A stretch of DNA of 64,000 nt, taken from contig CAXXFL010000002.1 of NCBI GenBank assembly GCA_963674965.2, forward strand, positions 384,001 through 448,000, read 5' to 3'. The position numbers and the translations under genes are program-made. This stretch comes from a bacterium. Lineage in GTDB: Bacteria; RBG-13-61-14; DATKZS01. Below, piece by piece: positions 47,316-56,910 of the stretch. Below the pieces are notes generated by a model. It made no database searches. It was given only the letters and a program-made list of their open reading frames with translations, and was not told where the DNA came from. The first letter of the stretch is position 1, and each line of letters begins with the position of its first letter.

Positions 47316-47408
47316 TTAACGAACAATATGGAGAAGCTTCATGTATCGTTCCTCACTTGCCGCAATTGACCAGGAATCCTTCCGAGGAGGACGGTGAAGT
47401 TTACTTTC

Positions 47409-47430
47409 AAGGCGCCAAGGCGCCTTTTTT
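47409..47430 (+). terminator. Rho-independent terminator after tRNA
   Basis: AAGGCGC-caag-GCGCCTT followed by a T-tract. Confidence 0.65.
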
Positions 47431-47466
47431 ATTTTCTCGGGGCATTCGCCGCGTAAGGGGAAGAAA

Positions 47467-48207
47467 TTGAACCAGACCATCCAGGACCTTATCGTTTTGC
47501 AGAGAATAGACCTTCGCCTGGCAAGGCTGAAACGGACGCTCGAGGAAATACCCTCGCGCAGGGAAGAGCTGGAAAGGGAGCGCGAAACGGCCCGCGAGGA
47601 TATCCAGAAGAAGCGGGAAGAACTCGAGGCGTCCAAAAAGGAACTCAAAAGAAAGGAAAACGAACTGGCCGACGGCGAGAGGAGGCTGGGAGAGCTGCAG
47701 GCCAAGCTCAACCAGGTCAAAACCAACAAGGAATACGACGCCGCCCAGAAAGAAATAGACGAGCAGCGGAAAAAGATTGGCCGGATCGAGGAGGCCATAC
47801 TTATTTTATACGACGAGGTGGAGGAGACGGAGGCGGCCAGGGAAAAGCTCGAGAGCGACTGGAGCGAGAAAAAGGCCGAGTACGATGAAACGGATTTGAA
47901 AATCGACGCGATCGAGAAGTCTTCCACCTCCGAGCTTGCGGAAAAGAATAGCGATAGGGAAAAAATTATCAAGGAAATCGATAAAAAAGCCCTTGAAAAA
48001 TATGAAAGAGTAGTGGGCCTTAACGGTGGAGCGGGACTGGCGCGCGCGGACAAGGAAATCTGCCAGGGATGCTTTTATCATCTTCCCGCCCAGGCGTATA
48101 ACCTCGTTTTGAAGGGCGAGGAGATATTGACCTGCGGCAACTGCCAACGGATACTGGTGCACGTTGAGGGAGGCCTCGAGCCGGAGGAGGAAGAAGATGG
48201 CGCGTGA
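47467..48207 (+). CDS. Coiled-coil protein with C4-type zinc ribbon (COG1579/DUF164)
   Basis: LQRIDL, VKTNKEY.A..KEI, CQGC...CGNCQRIL. Confidence 0.9.
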   Translation: MNQTIQDLIVLQRIDLRLARLKRTLEEIPSRREELERERETAREDIQKKREELEASKKELKRKENELADGERRLGELQAKLNQVKTNKEYDAAQKEIDEQRKKIGRIEEAILILYDEVEETEAAREKLESDWSEKKAEYDETDLKIDAIEKSSTSELAEKNSDREKIIKEIDKKALEKYERVVGLNGGAGLARADKEICQGCFYHLPAQAYNLVLKGEEILTCGNCQRILVHVEGGLEPEEEEDGA

Positions 48208-48754
48208 ATCGGAAATACTCATGACCCTGGCCGAGACGCTTGACGTGGAAAAGACGCTCGAGACTCACGGCATCCACGGGGAGGACCTGGCGGGGGTCCT
48301 GGCCAAGGCGGCGGCGCTGGCGAGAAAAATGGAGAAGCCGCCGGCGGACGCCGAGTTCGTGCTCATGACCGACGGGGCCTCGAGGGGCAATCCCGGCCCG
48401 TCGGGCGCGGGGTTCGTCATCTACCGGGCCGACCGCTTGCTGGAGGGCCAGGCCCAGTATCTGGGCGAGGTGACGAACAACCAGGCCGAGTACAACGCCC
48501 TTATACTGGGGCTTACCCGCCTCGCCGAGCTGGGCGCGAGGAAGGTCGTGGCCAAGGCCGACTCGGAGTTGATGGTCAAGCAGATGAACGGTGAATACAA
48601 GGTAAAGAACAAGAACATCACTCCTCTTTTTATACGGGCCAAGCAGCTATCGCGGGAGTTCGAGTCCTTTCGCATCGAGCACGTCATGAGGGAGGAAAAT
48701 TCCCGGGCCGACGAGATGGCCAACCGCGCCATAGACGAGTTCCAGGACGATTGA
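48197..48754 (+). CDS. rnhA: Ribonuclease HI family protein (RNase_HI_like)
   Basis: TDGASRGNPGPSGAG, TNNQAEY, DSELMVKQMNGEYKVK, REEN.RAD.MAN. Confidence 0.9.
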   Translation: MARESEILMTLAETLDVEKTLETHGIHGEDLAGVLAKAAALARKMEKPPADAEFVLMTDGASRGNPGPSGAGFVIYRADRLLEGQAQYLGEVTNNQAEYNALILGLTRLAELGARKVVAKADSELMVKQMNGEYKVKNKNITPLFIRAKQLSREFESFRIEHVMREENSRADEMANRAIDEFQDD

Positions 48755-48775
48755 GCGGCGGGGAAGTTTTGCTTC

Positions 48776-50029
48776 ATGATCGGACGTCTCAGCGAGCGGC
48801 TTCGGAAAAATCTGACCAAGGTCGACGCCTGGTTCGAGGAGAGGAGGCGGTTATATCCTCCCCCGTTATATCTTTCCGTTGACATACGCAACTCGGTTCA
48901 CAAGCTGGCGGTGGTCGACACCAACGCCTTTCCCGCGGGTTTCAACAACCTTTGTCCCAAGTATTGCGAGCTTCTGACCCGGACGTTCCGGGAGCATATC
49001 CGGGAGTTTTATCCCGGCGCGGAGAAGATACTGATCCTCCCGGAGGACCATACGAGAAACCGTTTTTACCTGGACAACGTGATGAGGATACGGGACGCCT
49101 TGAATCTTGGCGGCTTCGAGGCCAGGGTGGGCACGGCCAATCCCGAGCTTCGGGAGGGGTCCGCGGTCATGTCCGGCACTAAGGGCGAGCTGACTCTTTA
49201 TCGGATCGAGCGGAGCGGATCGAAAATAACGGCCTCCGACTTCGAGCCGGACCTTATCGTTTCCAACAACGACTTCTCCGACGAGGAGCCCGGCCTCTTA
49301 ATGGGTCTGGATATACCCGTGACGCCGGTTCCCGAGCTGGGCTGGTACCGTCGTAGAAAGCACGAGCATTTCACCATCATGAACGAGCTTATCCGGGAGT
49401 TCGCGGAAGTGGCCGACGTCGATCCCTTTGAAATTTCCACCCGTTTCTCGATGGTTGACGACGTGGATTTCACCAGCGATGAGGGAAGGGAAAAGGTGGC
49501 CAAAGAAGTGGACGCCACGCTTTCGAGCCTGCGGGAGGAATACGCCGGCCGGGGCATCGAGGAGCGGCCCTTTTTGTTCCTCAAGCACAACTCCGGCACC
49601 TACGGCATGGCCATGATGACGGCCAGGTCGGGAGACGAGATACGGGAGGCCAGGCGCAAGACCAGGGTCAAGATGAGCACGGGCAAGGCCAAGGTCAAGG
49701 TAACCCAGACCTTCATTCAAGAGGGCATACCCACGCGGGATTTCATGGACGACGGCTCTCCCATGGAGCCGGTAATCTACCTGGTGGGCGACCGCCCGGT
49801 GGGGGGCTTTTACCGCATCAATCCCACCCGGGGAGACCGGGACAACCTCAACGCCAGGGGCATGGATTTCAAGCGCCTTTGCTTCCACCAGGTCGAGACG
49901 GAGAAGCCCGAACTGCTGGGCGAAAACTGCAAGGACGCCGCCGACCTCATGCTGGCCTACGGCACGCTGGGAAGACTGGCCGCCGCGGCCCTGGCCATCG
50001 AGAAAAAACGCCTGGAGGAGGAAAAATGA
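48776..50029 (+). CDS. gshA: Glutamate--cysteine ligase (GshA, Acidithiobacillus/TIGR02049-like type)
   Basis: SVDIRNS..KLA.VDTN.FPAGFNNL, PEDHTRN.FY, NNDFS, GTYGM, QEG, EPVIY, GGFYR, NLNARGM. Confidence 0.88.
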   Translation: MIGRLSERLRKNLTKVDAWFEERRRLYPPPLYLSVDIRNSVHKLAVVDTNAFPAGFNNLCPKYCELLTRTFREHIREFYPGAEKILILPEDHTRNRFYLDNVMRIRDALNLGGFEARVGTANPELREGSAVMSGTKGELTLYRIERSGSKITASDFEPDLIVSNNDFSDEEPGLLMGLDIPVTPVPELGWYRRRKHEHFTIMNELIREFAEVADVDPFEISTRFSMVDDVDFTSDEGREKVAKEVDATLSSLREEYAGRGIEERPFLFLKHNSGTYGMAMMTARSGDEIREARRKTRVKMSTGKAKVKVTQTFIQEGIPTRDFMDDGSPMEPVIYLVGDRPVGGFYRINPTRGDRDNLNARGMDFKRLCFHQVETEKPELLGENCKDAADLMLAYGTLGRLAAAALAIEKKRLEEEK

Positions 50030-51018
50030 GCGCCAAAAGGAACGCCGACAATATTAAAGTCGCCTTTTTCATGGACCCCATCGAGGACGTCAACCTCGAG
50101 ACGGACACGACCTTCGTCCTCATGCTCGAGGCCCAGAGGAGGGGAAGAAGCCTCTTTTATTTCACGCCCTCCGAGACGTACATGGGCGCGGAAGGACCCG
50201 CGGCGTCCCTTCGCCCGGCCAAGGTCCGGCGACCCAAGTCCCCGGGCCAGACTCATTTTTCGCTGGGACCGGCACGGGAGACGGCCCTCTTGAATATGGA
50301 CCTTATCTTCATGCGCGTGGACCCGCCTTATAACATCGAGTACGTGACCCAGGCGCAGACGCTGGGAATGATCGCCGCTCCCACCGTGGTCGTCAACAGG
50401 CCCAGGGGCGTCATGCTGGCCAACGAGAAGCTCCTGGCCATGCTCTTTCCCCAGCTTATGCCGCCCACCATCATCACCCACGATTTGTCGAGGCTCGAGA
50501 GGTTCCTGGACCAGGCCGGCGGAAAGATCGTGGTCAAGCCTCTCTTGGGATTCGGAGGCGAGGGCGTAATGGTGGTCGAGAAAAAGCACTCGAACAGAAG
50601 GGTCATCCTCGAGTCCATGACCAAAGGCGGCAAGGTCCAGGTCGTGGCCCAGAAGTTCATGCCCGTCGGCAGAAGCGGAGATAAAAGGATCATTCTCCTC
50701 GCGGGAGAGCCGATGGGGGCCGTCCTGCGCCTGCCTCCCTCGGGGGACCACAGGTCTAACCTGCACTCGGGCGGTAAAGCCGTCAAGACAGAACTGACGA
50801 AAAATGACCTCGATATATGCAAGGCCATAGGTCCGTTCCTCAAGCGGGAGGGATTATATATCGCCGGGATCGACGTGGTGGCGGGAAAGCTGACCGAGAT
50901 AAACGTCACCAGTCCCACACTGGTCAGGCAGATAAATGAAACTCAGGGACTGAGGATCGAGGAGAGGATCATGGACTTTTGCGAGTACCTCGTCCTATCG
51001 GCCAGGAAAATGTCATAG
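50026..51018 (+). CDS. gshB: Glutathione synthetase
   Basis: MDPI..DTTF.LMLEAQRRG, MRVDPP, NEKL, KPL.G.GG.G, GDKRI, RSNL..GG, TEINVTSPT. Confidence 0.93.
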   Translation: MSAKRNADNIKVAFFMDPIEDVNLETDTTFVLMLEAQRRGRSLFYFTPSETYMGAEGPAASLRPAKVRRPKSPGQTHFSLGPARETALLNMDLIFMRVDPPYNIEYVTQAQTLGMIAAPTVVVNRPRGVMLANEKLLAMLFPQLMPPTIITHDLSRLERFLDQAGGKIVVKPLLGFGGEGVMVVEKKHSNRRVILESMTKGGKVQVVAQKFMPVGRSGDKRIILLAGEPMGAVLRLPPSGDHRSNLHSGGKAVKTELTKNDLDICKAIGPFLKREGLYIAGIDVVAGKLTEINVTSPTLVRQINETQGLRIEERIMDFCEYLVLSARKMS

Positions 51019-51059
51019 ACGTTGAGGGTAGGGCTTGGCGCGCAAGAAGCGGTAAAAAG

Positions 51060-51413
51060 TCAGACCCTGAGGTCCACGTTTTTTCCCAGGGCGTATTCCT
51101 GGTCCCAGTCGTAGGGGCCCTCGTTGTTCCTGGGATAGGCCTCGAGGGGCGAGGTCATGGACGCGTGGCCCGGGATGTAGCGGAAAACCGAAACCAGGTA
51201 ATAACCGTTTCCATCAGGGTCGGCCTCGGTCCTGGCGTAGCTCGATTGCCCGGCGCCGGTTACGGCCTTGGCCAGGGAAACCGCCCCGTCCGCGGAAGGC
51301 GGCGCGAGCTCTGGCGTGGACGACAGCGAGCGGTCGCCGCCTTTCTCCACGTCTCTTCGGTTTTTTAAGGCGTAGTCGTAAGACGGATAATATGTACCCG
51401 AGCTAATCCTCAT
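51060..51413 (-). CDS. Hypothetical protein
   Basis: 117 aa ORF ending in LGKNVDLRV. Confidence 0.55.
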   Translation of the reverse strand: MRISSGTYYPSYDYALKNRRDVEKGGDRSLSSTPELAPPSADGAVSLAKAVTGAGQSSYARTEADPDGNGYYLVSVFRYIPGHASMTSPLEAYPRNNEGPYDWDQEYALGKNVDLRV

Positions 51414-51550
51414 GGTTCGGTCTTTCTCAATATAATATTTTACATCAAGGAGGGAGGGCGCGCAATAAGTTTATAATCTTCTTTTTGGAATTTATCGCCA
51501 TGAGCGGCGTTCGAGATATGCCTTTAAGGCGTGAGATTACATAAACAATT

Positions 51551-52357
51551 TCAGTCCGCGACCCGGGTTCGTCCGGCTTTTTTGGCCCCCGCTAAAAGGG
51601 CCGCTCCCATGGCGCCCACGAAAATGGGATCGTCGCCCAGGTGGGCGGGCTTCTCGGCCAGGGCCTTTTCGATATAGGCCATGACTCCCTCGTTTCTGGC
51701 CACGCCTCCAACCAGGGCGATCGGTCCTTTGGCTCCCAGCTTCTTGACCAGCGTGGCCACCCGGTCGGCCACCGACCGGTGCAGGCCCGCCAGTATGTCC
51801 GCCGCTTCTCCCCCCGCGTTGACGTGAGATATAAGCTCGCTCTCGGCGAAGACCACGCACTGGCTGGTAAGGCGAAGAGGCGAGGCCGAGGTCAGTGACA
51901 ACCGTCCGATTTCCGAGACGGGAGTCTCGAGCGCCTCCGCCGCCGTCTCGAGAAAGCGCCCGCTGCCGGCGGCGCATCTTTCATTCTCGACGTACTCGAG
52001 CGCCTCTCCATTTTTTCCCACCGCCGCGGCCCTGGTCATGAGACCGCCAACGTCAACCGCCGCCCGCGCCATCGGCGCCAGGAAATGGACGCCCATGGCC
52101 GCGCACGTAACGTCGGGAAAAGCCAGGCGCGAAAGACGACCGGCGCCGTGCCTGCCGTGCCCCGTGACGCCCACGGCCGCGAGAGCGCGGCGACGAAGGC
52201 CGGCCTCGGCCAGCGCCATTTTCAAAAGGCGCTTGCCCAGCCTGCCCACCTCGTCGTCAACCGGGCTCGAGGCCCTGGCGATGACCTTGCCGTCCGATAT
52301 TATCGTGACCTTGCCGAAGCGGGAGCCAAGGTCAATACCAGCCAGGATATGAGCCAA
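51551..52357 (-). CDS. Acyl-CoA dehydratase activase (HgdC/BcrA/BadF ASKHA ATPase)
   Basis: GIDLGS, TGHGR, DVGG, NERCAAGSGRFLE, SQCVVFAESE, GGVARN; TTG start after GGAGG. Confidence 0.88.
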   Translation of the reverse strand: MAHILAGIDLGSRFGKVTIISDGKVIARASSPVDDEVGRLGKRLLKMALAEAGLRRRALAAVGVTGHGRHGAGRLSRLAFPDVTCAAMGVHFLAPMARAAVDVGGLMTRAAAVGKNGEALEYVENERCAAGSGRFLETAAEALETPVSEIGRLSLTSASPLRLTSQCVVFAESELISHVNAGGEAADILAGLHRSVADRVATLVKKLGAKGPIALVGGVARNEGVMAYIEKALAEKPAHLGDDPIFVGAMGAALLAGAKKAGRTRVAD

Positions 52358-52457
52358 GTTACCTCCTGCCAAAGCTTGAGAACATGAATAAAACACTTAG
52401 CAGGGATGGGATGACCAGTCAAAACGACGTTTTTTTCTCTCACAACGTTCACTTTCC

Positions 52458-53015
52458 CCCTAATCCACCGCCTAAAAAATAAAAAACCTCGTTAGTCCCG
52501 TGAGAACGGGACGTTATAATGGTATCAATCACAATAACCATCACTAACGAGGTGAAACCATTATGGCACAAGGCGTTCTTCCTTTCCATTACGAGTAGGC
52601 ATTACGAGGAGGCAACAGTTGATGAAAGGCGACCTGGCCGGGGGCAAACTCCCCTCCGGCGATTTCGGCGAGAACGCGGCCTGGTGGATGTTCATGATCC
52701 TGGCCTACAACCTTAACGCGGCCATGAAGGGCCATCCTTCGTTTCCGTTACCTCTGTCGGCGAGGCTTAACATCCTCGAACTCGCGGACCCGAGTCAGCT
52801 CGACAACCCCTTCTCCGCCCGCCTTAATCGTCAACCTCTGGCCTGCCTACGTCGCCGGCCTCGGCCGAGTTCGCCCATTCGGACATTTTCGGCCCCAATC
52901 CCGATTTTTACGCGGCGGCGGCAATTAAAATTCGTCTCCTTCGAGAAATTCGCGCCATCCTGGCCGCAACTCACGCCTCCGAAAGGTGGTGAAGGGATTA
53001 GGCGGTGGATTATGG
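52458..53015 (+). mobile_element. Internally deleted IS1380-family element (non-autonomous remnant)
   Basis: Terminal IRs CCCTAATCCACCGCCTAA / TTAGGCGGTGGATTATGG (17/18 match); transposase N-terminus MAQGVLPFHYE* and C-terminal piece MKGDLAGGKLPSGDFGENAAWW..ILAYNL. Confidence 0.8.
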
Positions 53016-53121
53016 TTTACGATTCGGTCTTCCAATAGAGTCCGATTTGTGATAAAATTCAAATAGCGGCATTATATGGGTCGCGAGATGGACGCGTAAT
53101 TTTCCAATGCGGAGGCGAGTA

Positions 53122-53736
53122 ATGACGAGGCGGAAGACGAACAAGGACGCGGAAGGCGGCGCATTTTTTCGCTGGGGGATCGTGGTCGCTTTTTTCCTGC
53201 TTTTCACGGTGGGAACGGGATGGTGGATTTTCGCAAGCGGGTCCGAGTCCAAAACCAGGAAGGCCATACTGGCCAAGGCCTCGGTTTTCGTGGACCGGAT
53301 TGACGAGTTGAGCGAGGCTTGGGCCTCGAGGAAAACTTCCCGGCCCGGATCGGAAAAGAAGGGCGATGAGCTAACTCCGGACGATAGGGAGCCGGCAATA
53401 AAACCGTCCCCCAGGAAAGCTGAGACGGGACCGGTGGACCCGTCGCCAGAACCGGGCTACGACAACGGAAAGCTAAAGCAAATACTGGCGGAGAAAAACC
53501 CGGCCGATGATCGGCCAAAGCCCGAGGTTTCCGCCGTGCCTTCCTTGGCGGAGCCCAAAAAGGCGGCGCCCGAGAAACCGAAGCCGGCCAAGCCGCCTAA
53601 AACGATCGAAGAAGCCCTGGCGGAGGAGGAATCGGCTCCGCGCCCAGTCGCGGCTCCCCCAGGCGGAGACAACGCCGAGATAACCAACGTCGACAAGCGC
53701 GAGCTTCAGGACATATTCAGGAACCTCGGCGAATGA
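53122..53736 (+). CDS. Hypothetical single-pass membrane protein with Pro/Lys/Glu-rich tail
   Basis: GGAGG RBS; TM WGIVVAFFLLFTVGTGWWIF; low-complexity C-terminus. Confidence 0.65.
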   Translation: MTRRKTNKDAEGGAFFRWGIVVAFFLLFTVGTGWWIFASGSESKTRKAILAKASVFVDRIDELSEAWASRKTSRPGSEKKGDELTPDDREPAIKPSPRKAETGPVDPSPEPGYDNGKLKQILAEKNPADDRPKPEVSAVPSLAEPKKAAPEKPKPAKPPKTIEEALAEEESAPRPVAAPPGGDNAEITNVDKRELQDIFRNLGE

Positions 53737-53763
53737 GGGCCTCCACATATCTGGAAAGGCGCG

Positions 53764-54306
53764 ATGAACGTAAATCGGTTCTTTATTTATCTCGCGATCG
53801 GAATAACCTGTACCGTCCTCCTAATGGTCTACTGGCGGGAGGCCGCCTACTATCTTGGCGTTATGGACCGTCCCTACGCGGATTTCAGCGACGAGCGCCT
53901 TGAGGCCGAGCTGGCCGCGGGGCGCTCTCAACTGGCTCAGGCGGGGCGGGCGCTTTCGTCGCTGGACTCGAGCCGAGGCGAGCCCGGTTCGGGTCTTAGC
54001 CGGGCGGACGCTATGAGCAAATCGGGAGATATAATCGACCATCTTAATCAACTAAGACAGGAAAAAGCTTTTCGCGAAAGGCGTTCTCGTCACGTCTATA
54101 TTCTCGGGTTCGTGGTTTGCCTGGTGGTGTTTCTCGATATTGTCCGTAGGGTAATACTTCTTCGAGACCCGAGGGAAAAGCGAAGACTGAGGACCAGGAA
54201 GGCCCTCGCCGTCGAGCTCGAGGCGGCCAAGGAAGTCAAGCCCAGCGTGGAACAGTATCCTGAAATCGGCGGCCCCCAGGACAATGGTAGAGATAGGACC
54301 CTTTAG
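53764..54306 (+). CDS. Hypothetical membrane protein (2 TM)
   Basis: Two hydrophobic segments flanking a helical region. Confidence 0.6.
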   Translation: MNVNRFFIYLAIGITCTVLLMVYWREAAYYLGVMDRPYADFSDERLEAELAAGRSQLAQAGRALSSLDSSRGEPGSGLSRADAMSKSGDIIDHLNQLRQEKAFRERRSRHVYILGFVVCLVVFLDIVRRVILLRDPREKRRLRTRKALAVELEAAKEVKPSVEQYPEIGGPQDNGRDRTL

Positions 54307-55187
54307 CGCCTTTCTTTTTCCGTATCACGCCGGCGACGGACTCTTCTTTTTTGCATGGCCTTGATCTGGGGCAGGAACAGGCCGTAGGCGCCGTAAAGCG
54401 CCAACTCTCCCACGCCCTTTACGTCCAGCGCCTCTCGGGCCAGTCTCCATGAGGGCTTCATGGCCCTGGCGAAGTTCTCGTAAACCTCCTCGATGGCGTC
54501 GTCCGTTCCCTCCTCGACGACCCGTCGCGCCGTCATGGCCATCCCGCTCGCGATCTTGTCCACGGCCAGCCTGCCCTTTTCCTTGTCCGCCTCGTCGCGA
54601 GGGTCCTTTCCCATGATTCCCATTCTCACCATGCGCTGGAGCGCGTTGAGCCCGGGCTCGAGGGTTTCCAGGTCGATAAGCTCGGGCCTTATGGCCAGCA
54701 TAAGCGAGGTCTCCCACATGCCGGCGTGGTCCCCAAAGTAGCCCATGTCCGCGGCCAGGGCCTGCTCGGGAATTCCCATGGCGAAGGCCGTCCCTTTTTT
54801 ATTGAAGCGCCTGCTCTCCCTCCGCAGCATCCTGACCTGAGTGGGAGGGTAATGGCCGGTTAGCATGATTATCACCTTGAATCCCCACTCCTCGAGCTGG
54901 ACCATGGTCCGCCTGATCATGTCTTTTATGCCCCTCCTTTTATAATGGAGAGTAAAGGGAAAGGGCATGGTGTCGAAAGCGCCCCAAAAGACGGGGGGAA
55001 AAACCACGCCGCCGCTCCTTTCGGCCGCGGCCTGGCAAAGGGCCTCGGCCTTGATGCCGTCCAGCCCGAGCGGCCCGTGCTCGCCGTGCCACTCGAGGGC
55101 TCCGATCGGGACGTAGGCGATGGGCGACTCCTTTATCGCCGCCTGAAGCTGGGCCGGGCGGCACTCGATATATTTGACGTAATTCAT
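54303..55187 (-). CDS. Creatininase family amidohydrolase
   Basis: PIGALEWHGEHGPLGLD, LTGHY, DHAG.WETSL. Confidence 0.88.
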   Translation of the reverse strand: MNYVKYIECRPAQLQAAIKESPIAYVPIGALEWHGEHGPLGLDGIKAEALCQAAAERSGGVVFPPVFWGAFDTMPFPFTLHYKRRGIKDMIRRTMVQLEEWGFKVIIMLTGHYPPTQVRMLRRESRRFNKKGTAFAMGIPEQALAADMGYFGDHAGMWETSLMLAIRPELIDLETLEPGLNALQRMVRMGIMGKDPRDEADKEKGRLAVDKIASGMAMTARRVVEEGTDDAIEEVYENFARAMKPSWRLAREALDVKGVGELALYGAYGLFLPQIKAMQKRRVRRRRDTEKERR

Positions 55188-55282
55188 CTTATGACCCCCA
55201 ATCATGGGGATACCTGAAAGGGCGTGTCTTGTCAATTCGTACTCGATGATTTACATCGCGAAGCGGATGGCGGCAAGGAGCG

Positions 55283-55780
55283 TCAGCCGAGCTTCTTGAT
55301 CATGTGGTACTCGCGCTCGTAAAGGCCTGCCGAGCGGTAAAGGGCGAGGGCCTTCTCGTTGTCGAAATCCACCATCAGGTCCATGCACTCGAGACCCATC
55401 CCCCTGAAGGCGGTCTCCAGTGTCTCGAGAAGGTCCCGGCCCGCTCCCTTTCCCCGGTGGGCCGCTTCGACGACCAACTCGTCGACTCTTCCCGTTTTAT
55501 CCGTCCTCATTATTCCCGGGCGCTTCATGACCCAGCCGTGGATAAATCCGATTATCTTGCCGTCCCTTTCCGCCACCAGATGGAAGTGATCGGGGTCTTG
55601 CAAGAGGGATGATTTGTAGGCGCGGTAATCTTCCTTGACTTCCCGTTCCGAGTGGAGTCCCCAGAAGAAGCCGTCTCTTTCCGCGTGTTCCGAGCTAAGT
55701 TGCCACCAGACGCCGACCAGGGCGTCAAGGTCGGAAGGCAGGGCGGGCCTTATAATGAAGTCTTTGCCCCCATCGGTCAT
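55283..55780 (-). CDS. GNAT family N-acetyltransferase
   Basis: IRPA..DL, LVVEAAHRGKGAGRDLL, N.KA.ALY...G. Confidence 0.88.
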   Translation of the reverse strand: MTDGGKDFIIRPALPSDLDALVGVWWQLSSEHAERDGFFWGLHSEREVKEDYRAYKSSLLQDPDHFHLVAERDGKIIGFIHGWVMKRPGIMRTDKTGRVDELVVEAAHRGKGAGRDLLETLETAFRGMGLECMDLMVDFDNEKALALYRSAGLYEREYHMIKKLG

Positions 55781-55803
55781 AATCTTTTCTTTCTCCCGGG
55801 TCT

Positions 55804-56802
55804 TTAGAGAATGCCCTCGAGGTATCCCTCGCTCTCGAACCACTGGATGGACCTTTTCAACGAATCCTCGATTGGCGTAAGCTCGAGTCCGAGTTTTTCC
55901 CTGGCCTTGGAAACGTCGAAGAAAAGTTTCTGGGCCAGGTAAGGGGCCTCCTTCGAGGTAAGAAGGGGAGGCTGCCCTCGCCAGTCGGCGATCTTTTCCA
56001 TAAGCCAGCCGGCGGCGGGGATGGGAAACACGGGCAGCGGGACCCGTTTGATGTTTTTGCCCGATACCTTTCCCACCAGGTCGAAGAATTCCTTGACCGT
56101 CACGTTCCTGTTGCCGAGGACGTACTTCTCTCCGATCTCTCCCTTTTCCGCCGCCAGTACGTGTCCCCTGGCCACGTCCATCACGTCCACTATATTCATG
56201 CCGCCTTCAAAGTAAAAGGGGTAGAGGCCGTTTAAGGCGTCCATTATCAGTTTGCCGGTCGGCGTGGGCGCCCTGTCTCCCACCCCGAAGGGAAAGCAGG
56301 GATTCACGCATACCAGGGGCAGTCCCTCCCGGGCGAAGGTAAGGGCCTCCTCCTGGGACAGCCACTTGGTGAGCACGTAGTCGTTGGCGTTCTTGATCTG
56401 GTTGAAAGGCACGTCCTCGTTGGAAAGCTCGTCTCCGGGCTTGAGGCCCAGGGCCGCGATCGAGCTGGTGTATACGACCTTCTCTACCCCTGCGCGGCGG
56501 GCGGCCCATAAGATATTCCGCGACCCCTGGAGGTTGACGCGGTATATCTTGTGACGGTCGGGAAGCCAGATGGCGTAGATGGCGGCCAGATGAAACAACG
56601 CGTCCACGCCCTTTAGCGCCTTATCAAGGGAAGGTGGGTCAAGAAGGTCCGCCTCGATCCTTTCGACGTCGGCCCCCTCCAGGTTTTTTTCATCCTCGCC
56701 GGGAAGCACCATGGCCCTGACCTCGACCCCGTCGGCCAAAAGTACCCTGACGACGTTCGATCCGATAAATCCGGCGGCCCCCGTAACCAGCGCCTTTTTC
56801 AT
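55804..56802 (-). CDS. NAD-dependent epimerase/dehydratase (HpnA/dihydroflavonol reductase-like)
   Basis: TGAAGFIG, FHLAA, VYTSS, YVLTK, PTPTG, VDVMDVARGH. Confidence 0.88.
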   Translation of the reverse strand: MKKALVTGAAGFIGSNVVRVLLADGVEVRAMVLPGEDEKNLEGADVERIEADLLDPPSLDKALKGVDALFHLAAIYAIWLPDRHKIYRVNLQGSRNILWAARRAGVEKVVYTSSIAALGLKPGDELSNEDVPFNQIKNANDYVLTKWLSQEEALTFAREGLPLVCVNPCFPFGVGDRAPTPTGKLIMDALNGLYPFYFEGGMNIVDVMDVARGHVLAAEKGEIGEKYVLGNRNVTVKEFFDLVGKVSGKNIKRVPLPVFPIPAAGWLMEKIADWRGQPPLLTSKEAPYLAQKLFFDVSKAREKLGLELTPIEDSLKRSIQWFESEGYLEGIL

Positions 56803-56910
56803 TTGCTACCCCCGGCTTTCAATCTTTTTGGCAAAGTACCATGAAATACTTTGGCGTTCGTCGCTTGTCGTGGGCGAATTGACAACGGCCTCAACCGCGC
56901 TTTTCCCCTT

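Noticed and set aside
47242..47466. tRNA as integration site of an island
   Set aside because: No integrase and no duplicated tRNA 3' end seen in the window
52619..53038. 139-aa ORF as a functional gene
   Set aside because: Transposase fragment running into non-coding IS end; lacks the DDE core
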